Shown one piece after another: positions 50,027 to 63,813 of a stretch of DNA of 64,000 bases. The stretch covers positions 112,902,001-112,966,000 of the forward strand of contig NC_058371.1 of assembly GCF_018350175.1 (NCBI RefSeq), in the 5' to 3' direction. The stretch comes from Felis catus (Eukaryota). Position numbers and translations under genes: made by a program. The stretch's first letter is position 1; every line of letters begins with the position of its first letter. The notes under the pieces were generated by a model that ran no database searches, was not told where the DNA came from, and worked only from the letters and a program-made list of their open reading frames with translations.

Positions 50027-53000
50027 TGTTGGAACTGAGGAGAAAGCCATAGCTCAGGGTCATCAAGAAAAACAATAGACAAAAGAAAATGGCACAAGGA
50101 ATCACATATGGTGCAGCTACAACAAAACAAAACACATGAGCAAACACAAAACCCAAGGCAGCTTAGGGATAATTAGGTTGACGTAACCCAGTAAGTTTAT
50201 GATCCTTTTTGGGTGAGGACTCACTGAGTGCACCTCCATCTCAAAGGACTGCTGCTGGAAAACCCCATTCCCCTTTCACTGTCAGTTCTAGGACAAATGA
50301 GAACAAAAGTGAGCCAGAGGCACAGAAAGAGAGAGAAGTAGAAAGTAAACAAAGGCTATTAACACTATATGAAAAAAAAAAACAAAACCGTATTTACTAA
50401 GTGTTATAATTCTCTAAGAATGAAAGAAGTTTACTTAAAAAACCGTGCGAGCACATACACACACAATCCTTTCTAATCTTTTTTGACACTAAACTGGAGC
50501 CAATAGAATAGATAAAATGGAAGAGACACAGGGTGGGTATCTAGAACAATAATGCTTTTGCGAAAAGTAAAACCTTTTAAAGAAAGGTTAGTAGCTGTAG
50601 CCCCCAAAAGAAAGGATGTCTTAATCACCTCTCATGAAAACGGATGTAAACAATTGTATTTCAACTCAGAGAAAGACTGGTATCTTTCCCTTCATAGCAC
50701 AAGCTCAGGCTAGTGGGTTTGCTAGAACCAAATGGGGCACAATACTTTTCCAAGGTTCTTCCTGGGAGGATGGAAACAACGCAGCCCAGTTCCTAGAGGG
50801 GCAGCTCCATCGTGGAGCGTTTCTGATAGTTTAACTGTAATTTCTACTCTGAAATGAGCTAGAAAGGATTATCCTTGGTTCAGTTGCCCTGGGCTTTGGA
50901 ACCGAAGAGTAGATACAGAATAGGAAAGGTAAAACTCAACCAAATGATTTGAAAATGGATTCTGTACTACCTGTGAAAAGATCCAGCCGGATATCACTCT
51001 TGAGCTGGGAAAAAGGGGAAAGGACAGGAGGGAAAGTAGGGGGGCCGAAGATGAATACAACAGACTACGCATACCCCTCTCTATTTGACTTCACACACAC
51101 TCATAACTTTCCAAATGAAACCCTGTTGTACAGTCCATATTTTCTATATTTTTGTGAATTTCAAAAAGAAATCTGCAGGGCTCTTCCTGATATTGGGTGA
51201 ACACTGTGTTTCCTCATCCTCTGCATTTGCTCCCTAAGCAATGCAGAGGTGTGTAAAGTGCCCTCTGCTGGTCAAGTGGAGATACTTCAACAGATACTTC
51301 ATGGCAAGTTTGGCTGAACAGTTGACAACAAAGGGCCCCTTAGAGACTTATCCTTCAAATTTTAAATGATATAAAATACTCGTCATATTTTTGGCCAAAT
51401 CAGAAGACATTCTTCCTGCTTCAAGTCTGCTTCAGAAATTTTTTTAAAAGGGACTTTCGCTCTGGAACTCAGAAAATCAATTTATTAAGAGCCATATTGT
51501 TTAAAAAAAAGCTAGATAATATAATATTATCTGTAATATTTCAGTCCTTTACAAGCCAAATAAATGTGTAAACATTCCTAGTATTTCAAAGAAGCAATTA
51601 TGTAAAATTGTTCAATGTGATATGCTAGTATTCTAATTGGTTAAGTAGCTTCATGATTAGAAAAACTAGATGAAACGATTAGCAGCTACACTGTGTAGAC
51701 TATACACGCATAACCACACGTACATGCACACAGATGTGGGGTACACTCAACTTCAAAGCCCAAATGCATAGAGACACATTTTCTGGCTAGCAGAAAAGGA
51801 AAACTTGTTTATCTTTCTTGCTTTATTTGAGAGTGTACAGTAAAAGGGATTTTTCAGATTATTTTTATATTATTTTAGCTTTAATTGTGCTGTCATTCAT
51901 GAAACAGAGCTGCTCTGCTTCTCTGTCAGAGATGACAAGGGCTTTCTCAGCATCTTGTTTATGTGTGGAATTTAAAAGAATAAAGTTTTATCCCATTCTG
52001 TGTGAATGGCTTGAACAATGAACAAAGAATCCATGCAAACCAAGTCATGACTGATAGACCCAGGGTGGGGGTGGGGCTTTGCAGGGGAGGGAAACTGTTA
52101 CATCTGTGTTAAATTATTGTGAACAGTCTATGATGTCTTGACATTGGTTCAGAGATGAGAGACAATTGACGGAGGGATGTATTGTGATATTAAGGCAAAA
52201 ACAGGCATGAGCTAAAAAGGTGGGACCTGCTATAACAGCTACTAGGTTCTTAGGATGCAGATAATGTTATTTTGAGCTTTGAAAATCCATGATACTGTGC
52301 AATATGCTTTTTTTTTTCCTTATAAAAGAAAAGGAGCAGAATAATTAAAATGAGGAAAAGGCCAAATACAGCTGACTTGAGTTTAACTGAAGGACCAGTT
52401 AGAGCTTATCTGGTTGATTTAATTTAATTATTGAATCCATTGATTTATCATTGATCCTTCAATGCAGGTTAGAATAAGGAAATGAGCATAGACCTTAAAT
52501 AGACTCTAAATGATGCTTCCAAAGCACTTTTATCTTGATACAGGTTCATACTTGTGTTCACTCGTGAGATAATTTACAATTTTTGTTTACAGGTTGAATG
52601 TCTAATAAATAGTTTTTGAATTGGCTAAATATATCTAAAGGCTTTTCCAATGTTTATCATGGGAGGAAAAAAAACCTTAAAAAAAAAATTCTGGTATTAC
52701 AGTTTCAATACAATGTTTTTAACATCTTGGCTTGATTACTTAATTATATCGAGATAAGAGGCTGGACCACTCGCCCATGGCAAATCTGAATCCTACCAGA
52801 GAACTGACTGCCACATAGATAATCCTACTATCAGTTAACATTCCAGAAAAACTTGGGCAGGCAAGTTTTTAGAACTGCCCCTCTATGCTGCAATAGATTA
52901 TCTTTCTATTGGAGATTTTCCACTGCATTCCAATCCCACCATGTTGACAACATTTCTGGGTTGAAAAACAAACAAACATCCTTCGTTTCATATATAAGTG

Positions 53001-55085
53001 CATGCAATTTGATGCCCGAGGTCTGAGTATCAACCCGAGTCTACAAGTTTGCAATGAAAAACATTCTAATGAAAAACACTCTGGAGGTTTTATCTGGGCC
53101 TTCCAGTTTTGCTAATGAGAAAAGAGTAAATACTGTACTATTTAAATTCCTGCCAGGCCAAAGTACCAAATTAAAATCCTATATCGAGATTCTTATTCCA
53201 GATAATTTACCCTCACCCTTCTAGTCACACTCCACTATAAAAACTAGGGGGGAGGGATAGATTGCTTAAGGGGGAAGAAAGGATTGATTATATTACTCTC
53301 ACTTCCCCACCTCTCTAGTAATGTGGTTCTGGCCTGAATCAGAAACTTCATTTGGGTAGGAGTTTTGCAGAACAGAATGGTAGAACACTTCTGGGAAAGA
53401 GATCTACAGAATTTTTTTTTTCTAAATCAGATGTGGTATCTTTGTGATAAAACCTGGCACATCAAAGAAACAAAGTGCCTGGAGTAAACTACACTGAGTA
53501 GAATGCTCCAGAAGTCTGGCCTCATTCCCGGACTGCAAAATTACCTGGGAGAGACAGCGTGCTCAGGTTACTCTCTTCTCTTTATTCTGATAAAACAGCC
53601 TCCCCTCAGAGACCAGGTGTCACACAACTGCCGGCTCCAGCACATCCTGAGGGCTTTTTTTTTGCTCTCTCTCGGAGTTGTTGGATTGGCCATGTGCTGA
53701 TTCAAGAGAGCTGGTAGTGGAGTGGAGAAGATCCAGTAGACTTTGATCCCAGAATCGAGTGCTTTGAGTTGTATGTGGTGGTCCATGCCTGTCTCTTTTA
53801 GACACTTGTTTCCCTGGAAAAGTTTCCCCAAGAGTGTAACTGTGTGAAAATTCCATGATGGAATCCCAGAACTTTCCAGTAGTTCAGGTTTTTTTGTTTC
53901 CACTGATATTTGCTATCAGTTCAGGATGATAGTTCGTCCTGTGAGTCACTGTCTCCTGTAGCTTTGTTAAGTGCTCTCTGTCTCATACACAAGATCTGAT
54001 TCTTTGTGCCTCAGACCCATTACCATCGAGAAGAGATTTTGCTGAGAATGCACCACAGGGTTTGGCCTGTAGTACACACACACTGAAGTGAGAGCTAATA
54101 AAGCAGCGATACTCTCTTTGTGCCAACAATCAGTATGAAGTGTTAGGACCCAGTTTCCAATGAACCGACGGCCTTGGTCTGCTGGCACCCAATACTTGAG
54201 CAAAACAAGGTCAGTGCCATTATAGCATTTTTTTGAATGCCAGTTGTGACAGACTCCCAATTATAAACGTCCTCCAGCCACATGGCGGAACCCATAGCTA
54301 AGAACACCCGCACAGAGTATCGAAGAATATTCACAAGCCTGTTGAATCATCCCATTAACTTTCCTCATCCTCAAATACTTTAAAAATTCAGGGCTCATAG
54401 AAGGGGAGACAGTAATTCCCAGGCTTCCCTTCCTCCTGAATCACACTTAGAAAAAAGTGAAACAGAAGTTGTTCTGACAATAGAAGAGAAAGCACGCGTG
54501 CACACCCATGTGTGGTTTTGGAAAAGTCGTAATAAGGGCATTTTCATTTTATGTCGGGCAAACAAAAGTCTTGCAGTCAGATACACTTCAGTGGAAATCT
54601 AGGCCCAAAACTACATTGTAGTAAACTTCTGAAGCAACTCGTTAAATTCAAGAAACCAGTCCCATAAGTCAGGGTCAAGCCATAATTGCAACCCACTTAG
54701 GCCAGGATCGAGGGGTCCTGACTCATGTTGGTATTTAAACACTTAATTTCTCAACACTTGGCTCTTGAGACTTCTCTCTGTGGGCAGATATCAAGAACTC
54801 TCCAGAAGTAGCCTAATCGTGCTCCCCAGGCATGTCAGTTTCAGGCAGGTCTGTCCGGGCATGTTCAGGTAGGAGGCTGCTTGCTGCTAACTTGAAAACC
54901 GCTGAGAGATGCAGCCTCTTAGGGGCCCCAGAGCACGTTCAGATAGAAGTTCACCCATAGAAGCTTCACAGAGCAAATCACAGCAATGTTGGACTTGTTA
55001 TTTTCAAGTGCTTATTTCACAACATTCAAAGAAGTATTTTTTCTTGGTATATTAAAATAAAGTCATAACTTTTGATTTAAAATCA
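50027..55085 (+). other. ELOVL6: ELOVL6 3'UTR (long isoform; shorter isoforms end at proximal poly(A) sites)
   Basis: Follows the stop codon; AU-rich; no Can-SINE between 47345 and 55771; several AATAAA signals. The distal end is inferred from the PAS at 55051-55061. Confidence 0.6.
51979..51984 (+). terminator. ELOVL6: Candidate proximal polyadenylation signal
   Basis: AATAAA about 1.95 kb after the stop, U-rich upstream sequence, followed by gttttatcccattctgtgtg. Confidence 0.55.
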
Positions 55086-55120
55086 AACTATGTTTCTGGT
55101 TTCTTTGATCTCTTGCTCTG
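55051..55120 (+). terminator. ELOVL6: Candidate distal polyadenylation signal with downstream GU/U-rich element
   Basis: Overlapping ATTAAA (55051-55056) and AATAAA (55056-55061), U-rich upstream, and tgtttctggtttctttgatctcttg about 30-55 nt downstream. Confidence 0.55.
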
Positions 55121-55770
55121 GCACTCCAAAGGGGGCATCCTGGACACTACAGCCTACTCAGAAATGTCAGGAAGGTCACTCCACACTTAACACCAATGTT
55201 CTCGTGGAACGTAGGCGAGTCACTGGGGGTCTCAAGTAGAGCTCAATAATGACGTAGTCCCCGAACAACTACAGATCCCACAGATACAACACTTCATAAT
55301 TTACGTGCTTTCCAGACCTATTAGCTCACCAGAGCAGTCATGGGGCGGACAGTCGCAGTTGGATAACCCATTTTACAGATGAGGAAAATTTTCTCGTTAA
55401 ATCAAATGTCACAGCCGTAGAAGGAATGGAATTTTAACATCATCTTCTTAACTTCAGTTTCATTGTTGCCATTTGAATCCTTTGGAAGAAGTAGAGTATA
55501 TATTAATAAAATTCCAATACCTGGCACCGAACTAGGAAGCAATTTGCCACTGGACAAAGGGTTTCAGGGCAAAATGTATGTGGGGGAGAATATTTTGAAA
55601 GCATAGCACCTCTTCCCCAGGAAGGCACAGCAGATTCATTACCTGCACACCTGTGGACTATTAGCAAGGGTAGTCCTGCACCCAAGAACCTGTCATTTGG
55701 GGGATGTTTTCCACAGCCAAATTACTATGAACATGCCTCTTTTTACATCATCTCAGAATAAAGATGGAAC

Positions 55771-55980
55771 TTTTTTTTAAATAAGAAAAAAATTTTATTT
55801 TTTAATTTTAGAGAGAGAAAGCACAAGCAGAGCAGAGAGGCAGAGGGAGAGAGAGAATCTTAAGCAGGCTCCATGCTCAGCGGGAGCCCCACACGGGCCT
55901 CAATCCCACGACCCTGGGATCATGGCCTGAGCCGAAATCAAGAGTCAGTTGCTCAACTGACTGAGCCACCCAGGCACCCC
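55771..55980 (-). mobile_element. Can-SINE
   Basis: TSD aaagatggaacttt / aaagagggaacttt. Confidence 0.94.
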
Positions 55981-58929
55981 AAGAAAGAGGGAACTTTATA
56001 TTCCTTTTATAACCTATTTAACGTATGCTTTTAACTCAGGATAAAATGGGGCAGGGTGGCAGGGAACTCCATGTTACTCAAATTATTTTATTAACTTCAC
56101 TCAAAAAAAAGAAAGAAGAAAAGCAGAAGCAAATGTAGGGGGTGTTTCTCGTTTTGATAGCAGTCTCAGAAACCCAATACAAATGACTGATAAAACCAGT
56201 GATACAATGCAAGCTGCAGAAATGAATGAAGCAAGCATTAAAACATAAAGCATTTTTTATCATCGTCTAGCTAACAAAAAGGCTGCACTTACATTATTTC
56301 AAAACCCAGAAACTTACTCCAGCAGACTTCCTAGAAGTGGAAACCTAAGAATGGGATCCGAATACCAATATTTCAGGAACATGAGCACTCTTGGCTGTTT
56401 TTTGCTGTTTCAAAGTGAATGAAATTAATTGGAGTCAGGGAGTACCTTAAATCAATGATCAGGACAGTTAAAATAATTAAGAGCTCCCCACTGATCGGTC
56501 TATAGCTGATTAATCTCCAGTCCTGGCAGATCTGGGGCAGGGTCTCAGTTATTGCCAAACACCTTAGTCTACAGGGGGCCCTGCTGAGAAGCAATGGTGA
56601 TGGCAGGATGTCCACAATGGGGGGATGGGCTGGATTACACTGAACGCGCCCCCCACCCCCCACCCCCACACAACTGGATAGTCACACACGTGCCCTTGCA
56701 TGTGCTGTCTGCCTCATTCCATGCTGTCCTGAAACATCATGTCACTAATAAAAGACTCCAGGCAAGATGAGAAGCTCTGGGTCAGGGAAAGATCAGATCC
56801 TACCGATGTAAAAGAGATATATCTAATTCACTATCCATTTTACGCTGTCACCTTTTACATTTTCTTCTGCTTTTCATTGTTTTTCATGTACATAATAACT
56901 GAAAGAAGTAACCTTTGGTATTTCACCTTATTTATACATGCATCATAGAATATGTATTTGTGCGGAAAAGATCATACACATACACACTACGAAAACAACA
57001 TTGCAACCTAAGGGTTAAACACGTGTGCCAGCCCCCTCCTGACACCCCCCCACCCCGCTGCGATCTCACTCCTGGATTCTGCTGTCTTTGGTATTTTCAG
57101 GCCCCCAGGGTGAAAACCCTGTGCTACACACTGGGCTTTCATACACAGCCTCGTTTTCTATCGACTACACTAATTCCTTTCATACTAGAGGGAAAACTGC
57201 CCCCCCCCCCCCCACACACACACCGGGCATTGCTCTGCTATGTTTTATTTATGAAAACTCTGATGGGTGTTTCTTAAGGCAGCCAATATCTCTCTACAAA
57301 GAGAAGGCAGTGTTCACTCTTCCTGCATCCTCCACGGCTCATAGTTCTATGTGCCTTACTATAAAATTCCAGAGCCTTTTTGCAAAACGAGCACTTTGTC
57401 TCCAAATTACAAGCAGTTCTAACTTCAACTTCGTCTCAGAGTAATCAAATCAAGACAACATAAATAAACCTACTGAGCTTCCAAACAGACTTAGGCAGCT
57501 ATGCCAACTCATTTGTTCATTTACCTGTAACGTGAATTTCCCTTGGACCCATCAGCCTGTAGAGACCAACGGTTTACCAGTTTGTAGCTCCCACTGATGC
57601 AGGACCTCTGACTTCCTGCCAAGTCCCTTGCATCTAATTCTGGAAACCACCAAGGGGAGTCTTGCAGCCTCTGTCAGGCATTTTTGTTATGCCATCACCC
57701 CCACCTCACATCCTTCCCTCCCTCCCTTTTCCACCAGGCCCAGCTGCTACTGCATCTCTCTGCTGGGCCCTGAAGTCTTGCTTTCTGCACAGCCAGGTTC
57801 AGCAGTTCTCAGCAGGCGACCACCGCCCACTGCTCTCCTGTGGGGCAGGATGCCTCTTTCCCCTTGGTCACATGTGCCATGTGAGAAAGCTGGCCCGGTT
57901 CGCTAGTCAGGGGCCAGGCATGTCTCCAGGAGACAAATTGGGGGAACAGCCATCCTCCTCTGCATAGGCAAAGCTTTCTCCTGGGTTGAGCTCAATGGAC
58001 CTAGTTCCTTCTCCACTTATGGATAAGTACCCTCCTTGGAGAGTTCATAGCCCCAATGTAACTGGACCTTGCGGCCACTGCATTTGCTCCCCAGACTTAC
58101 CCAGACATATCCACGTTTAGCAGAGGGCACAGGTAGAGGTCCTTTTCCAGAAGGCCCTGTCCCAGCCCCGTTCTCCTGCGGACTCCCTAACACCTGCCAC
58201 CACTATAGGTCCAGCCGTCTCCGTGACTCGCTTAAATTCAGCTGAGGCTCCCTGCCACGGCCACAAATAAATAATGAAGTGCAGAGATATTTAAAACAAA
58301 TCTTTTCCCTTCCAGTAAAAATCGATTTTTGAATTAAACGGGCAAACCGCAGAAAGTCACGATAATTTCTTAGATTTGCTCTGTTTATTCCTGACTCATG
58401 GCCCATTTCCTCTGCCTCCAAGTATAAGCACAGGTTAGGGTACTCGTATTTTCTCTTCACTGCACTGTGCTTTTCTACCTTGTGAGGTTCATCTTCCCAG
58501 TGATTAAATGATTAGTTATTTGTGGACTGTTTCAAGTCTCTCTTCTTCAGTAGACTACAAGCTCTGTAGGACAGGAATCCAGTTTGCCTGTTCTCCCTAG
58601 CAATGCCAGGGCGTGGCAGAGGGCTGAATGTTAGCTGAAAGGATGAATAAATGTTGGTGTGCAGTTGTGGGCGTAACCTGTACCATTTTAGTGCTCTCAC
58701 TTCTTTCTCATACTGCCTGTGTGTTTAGTGTGAATGTTTGTACACGTGTGTGTTTCCGTACATCGACAAAGTCCTTGTACTTTTTCATTGTATACTTATA
58801 AACAGGCAGAACTGTATTTGCAGCTCCTGGCTTATTTGCTTACTTACTTAATATTTGCTCACTCTACTGAAAACGTTAAAATCTCATGTAACGTAGGGTT
58901 TGTGATTAGCAAAACTTCTTGTCTAGGAC

Positions 58930-59165
58930 TTCAGAACATAAGCTCTGGGATCCAACTGTCTTGCCCTGCCATCTGCTTGGCGGTAGTTATTTGGCAGGCC
59001 TGGGCCTCATTCCCCCCCATCTGGGCAATGGGTATAAAAATGGTACCTACTGCATAGAGTTATTGTGAGGATTAAATGAGATAATCCCTGTTAAGTGCTA
59101 AACATAGTCCTTGGTATGAAATAATTGCTCAGTAAGTGTTAAGCTAATATTACCACTATTACTAT
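58930..59165 (+). mobile_element. MIR
   Basis: gggcctcattcccccatctg..aatggg, tacctactgcatagagttattgtgaggattaaatgagataat. Confidence 0.85.
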
Positions 59166-60529
59166 TGCTTTCTCATGTTCTCATTTCTGGGTGGTATATA
59201 CATGAGCCTCTCTTTATTCTACACCATGAGCCTTGAGAAATTTGCCTGTAGAACTCCATTGTCTTATTGTTGAAACACATTCTATAAACAAAGGAAGTGT
59301 CTTTTTCAGGCTAATAGATTATTTCCATTAGGGCAAATGTAAAGTTCTTTCCAACATTTTTGTTTGTTTCTTTTGGTAGTCATTCATGACTAGCAAAGAT
59401 CCTTGAGGGGAAGAAAATATCTTTCACCTAAGCACCCACAGTTTGTGCCCAAATATTATTGTAACCTGTTCTCAGAGATCATTTGTCACCAACAGGCCTA
59501 CTCCTTGCATGAATATTGTAATAACAAAAAAAATCTTACGGGTGAGTTCCTGCACTCTATAGCTTAAATATCATTTTTTGGCATAATTAATTTAAAAAGT
59601 GCCAGGACTATTAATTCGACGCAAATATCTACATGTAAACATCTCAACTGAAACAGAATGGTCTTTTTGTTTTATGGATCTGATGGGTGAATCTGTCAAG
59701 AACAAGTCTTGTTAGGAGGTTTTCTACTAAAAGAAACTTGACTCCGGGAACATAGATAACTCCCAAATGGTTATTATATTCAAAACACCCTGAAACATAT
59801 AAAATCCTAAGCTGATTAAACACGTACTTGTCACTCAAAAGTAGTGAGTGAAATACCAATCACTAGAAGCATCGTTCAATGTAGACCTATTCGCTTACCT
59901 TTAAGCTCACAAATAAACCTTTCATTCGGAAATGTCTGTAGTGTGAAGAAAACTGTGTGAATCATCAGAAGCTGCACCTGGGCTGAGAAATCACGTTTGT
60001 TTGTCTGTCCATTCCAACTAATTAACTGCATCTCAGAGAGTGTAGGCTACAGATTCTGCTTTAACTACCAAAATTTTATAAACTTCGTTTAATTCAGGTA
60101 CGATGCCACTAAAAAGGGTTCTCCTTGTCTAGAATTTCAGTGTACTTTCTGTATTACTCTGCAATTATGTTACAGCGACGACATGTTAATTAAAGCCATA
60201 TGTTTCTTTCAAAATTGCAATTCTAGTCAGTGGATTTATCCAGTGTCCAGCTGTGAAACCAGAATGAAGCCAGTATCCTCAACAAATAGAGTCTTAGAGC
60301 CTGTTTCTCCTTTTAAAAAAAAAGAAAAGAAAAAAATCTTTTATTACATTGAGTTTGTTTATCAAGAAAGATCCTCATTACATCCAAAAAGCTATGTTAG
60401 TTCTTCCTAAAATGTCCCATATGTGCATATACATGTGCATGTTAAAAAACAATTTGAAGTTTTTCTCCATTTTGAACTGCTCCTCAGAGCTTAATTCATA
60501 GGTAGTCTTATTGCACCTAACCATTGATT

Positions 60530-61990
60530 AAACCTTTCATTATGAGAACTTTTAAACATACATCAAAGTAAAAAGTGTAATGAGCCCTATATTCCTACCA
60601 CTTAGATTTAACATTTACTAACATTTTGTTGTATTTCCCATATTCGCTTTAAAGCAAATCCCAGGCATCGTGATATTTTATTCTTACATATTTCAAGAAG
60701 CATTGCTTTAAAAAAGAAAAAGACATTTTCTTACATAACCACGGTATTGATATTAAGACACCTAGCAAAATTAGTAATTTCTTATTACCATCTAGTGGCA
60801 TTTTTCAAATTTCTCTGCTTATCTCCAAAATGTCTTTCTACAGAGAGCTGCTCCTCCTTTTTTCCCATGCCAAATGATTTATTAGAGAAACAGGGTCAGT
60901 GGTCTTATGAAATGTCCTACATTCTGGATTCTCTGATTGTTAGCTTGTGGTATCATTTAACTTATTTCTCTGTCCCCAGTACTGCCTATAAATGAGAAAT
61001 CAGATCTTTTTTTTTTCAAGTTTATTTATTTATTTTGAGAGAGATAGGGAGAGTGAAAGCGGGAGAGGGGCAGAGAGAGAGAGAGAATCCCAAGGAGACT
61101 CCACGCTGTCAGCACAGAGCCTGACATGGGGCTCAAACTCACAAAACCACAAGATCACGATCTGAGCCCAAACCAAGAGTCAGTTGCTTAACCGACTGAG
61201 CCATGCAGGCGCCCTGAGAAATCAGATCTTGAAGCTTCATTACATCCAGCCTAAGGTTTTAGGCAAGAACATTTTTGGAGGTACTGTGTATTTCTAAAGG
61301 AGACGCATGATGCCTGGATTCCCCACTTTTAGAGAGTCTCAGATTGCCCAGGTGGCTCGAATGGCAATCTGCCCCCACTTTATAATGTCAGTATATAATA
61401 TAATGTCTATATACTGTAGGCATATACTACAGGCTCATACTTGGACATCTTTCAAATGTCTAGTTCCCTATAAATTTTTCATCTAGTCCTTTTGCCATCC
61501 ATTCTGATAACATTGCTTGAATCATTTATTTTATTGGAGGTGAAAAATCAACATTTTATCATTTTGTTTCTTTTCTACATTAACTAAAATTCTTTTGCTT
61601 AATTAAAAAGCATTCTTCATCACCTCAGGCCGTTTGGGCATCCTAAAATAACGTTTATGTGGGGAACTATACAGATAGGCGGGATAAGTCCTTAATTCTT
61701 CCCTTCCATGGCAGTTTTCAAAGTATCATTTTGGTGCACAAGCCACTTCCAATAGTGACAAATGAGTTTTGAAATTTTTTTTTTCTCATTCACCCCCTTC
61801 TTTTTCTCATTATCTTGATGAACTAATAGAGTTTTATATATTCAATATGTTTCAACCAATTGTAGTCATTATTCTTTTTTGGCTGCTCAAGTTATCCCAT
61901 TTTGAGTCAAAATGGCTGCTTTATCTTTTCGTCATGACCTCAGAAGTCTGATAGCTTCTTTCCTTTCGCACAATGGGATATTCCTTTCGG
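60530..61990 (-). mobile_element. Ancient L1 (L1MC-like) 3' region fragments
   Basis: ttattatgagaacttttaaacatac, ttcttacataaccac, cccacattctggatt-like and caattgtagtcattattcttttt motifs; similar material at about 255-770. Confidence 0.5.
61009..61214 (-). mobile_element. Can-SINE
   Basis: 16-bp TSD tgagaaatcagatctt (60993-61008 / 61215-61230). Confidence 0.95.
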
Positions 61991-63537
61991 TGGGGAAAAT
62001 TACCAGTTTTTTCTACTCTAAAATATTCATATTTCACAGCGACTCTGAATCCAACTACATCATCAGGTTGAAAATCAACTGATTTCAAAGACTAAAAACC
62101 CACTCATGTGCTGCTCACAAAAGACATTTTAATTAATATAATCACCAGGCACACACAAGTAAGATTATCAAAGCACTTGGGGCATTTCCTCACTGGTTCT
62201 GCAATATTCCTATTAAGTTGGAACAAGACGGTTTTATCCCCATCTAACAAGGTGAGCTGAATAGAAAGTAGAAATTTAATTGTACAGAATATGAGATGCA
62301 TGTAAACCTTAAGGCATCAGTCGTGTTCTCTCACTATTAACAGAAAGCTAGTCAAGGCTTTAGAGAAATTGTACAAAGCAGTCCAAAAAGTATTATGCAA
62401 ATGAGACTAACTGGCAGTTATTTAATTAAATTCTAGTGAAGTCATTTAAAAGAAGCCTTTTGACCATAAGTTTAAATATTGACTCCACATAAAAATAGGT
62501 AAAGATTGACCAGAGATGTAATGTGCTGACTAGAACAAATATTCATTTATTTATTTAGTCAGTAAATATTTATGTGCCTAGGCATATGACACATACGACA
62601 CAGTAACATTTAGTTCTTACAGCTGTGATGTTTTAAATTAATTTCTGGAGATAGGACACACTTTCTGCGAATTTAAACCAATCATGATCAGACTAGCCCC
62701 AAACCACCAAAGGTAGGATTAGAGTATCATGATATATTTTAAAGACTTAGACATATGAGGAAGAAATTGGCCTAATTTTCCAAGATATCAAATCCTCTGA
62801 GGTCCCCAGCACTTGGCAATTGATAGTCCTTTGTTTTTGACTGTGGTTGGGTTAGAATTTCAAGCCATAAATCTGCTTTATTCTCATTTTGGTTGCCAAC
62901 TTGTCATTATCACCAGCCCAACCAGCCCCAGCCACCTCATTGTCAGGCATCCTTTGTATCAAAGGGTAAGCTTGAGCCAAAGGTATTCTTCCTCAGAGGA
63001 CTCTCCGTGGCTGAATGGCCCAGGAGATTTCCAACAGGGGGATTTTCCATTAGATTTTACCTCTTTGTCAGCAAACGCCTTGTCACCAGGGCTGTTACTT
63101 TTCACTGTTATTTTTCAAGTGTTGTCTGATGGCTCGCTTCAGTTTACAGGGCACCATTGTGGAAAGAGCTCTGTTCTGGGAAGTGAACATTCTAGGCTGC
63201 CTATAAGCCCCTCTCTGAACTATTGCGTGTGATTTTGCACAAGCCACTGACCTTCTGTGACCCTCAGTTTCCTCAAAGCCAGATGATCTGTGAGGGTCAT
63301 GATGACTCCAACTTTTTTCCCCAACTAAAATTAGATATGTCTCTCTAAAATCCTCCTAGAAATCCAAATCGGCCAAGGGAAACAAGCTCAAGGTTAGATG
63401 CAAGCTACTTTCTTCATTTATGTCACAGTGCTTTTGGTTTTTTTCAGCTGATACAAACTTAAAATTAAGTGAAGAATTTAGGAAAACTAAACGGTATTTG
63501 AGGACTTAGAAACCATCATCAAGGACTTGACTTTGAT

Positions 63538-63799
63538 GGGGCGGTGGCGGGGGGGGGGGGGGGGGGGGGGAGAGTTGCCTGGGTTGCTCAGGTGGTTAAG
63601 TATCTGACTCTTGGTTTCAGCTCAGGTCATGATCTCCCAATTCATGACTTGGAGCCTTGAGTCTGTCTCTGTGCTGACAGTGCAGAGCCTGCTTGGAATT
63701 CTCTCTCTCTCCCTCTCTCTCTGCCCTTCCTCTGCTTATGCTCGCTTGCTCTCTAAATAAATAAACAAACAAACAAACAAAGTTAAAAAAAAAAAAAAG
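63538..63799 (+). mobile_element. Can-SINE with a 5' poly-G tract
   Basis: Body from about 63575; TSD acttgacttt (63525-63534 / 63801-63810). Confidence 0.9.
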
Positions 63800-63813
63800 A
63801 ACTTGACTTTTTT

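Noticed and set aside
56687-56704. ChREBP carbohydrate response element
   Set aside because: The spacer is 6 nt, not the required 5 nt; kept only as a generic tandem E-box.
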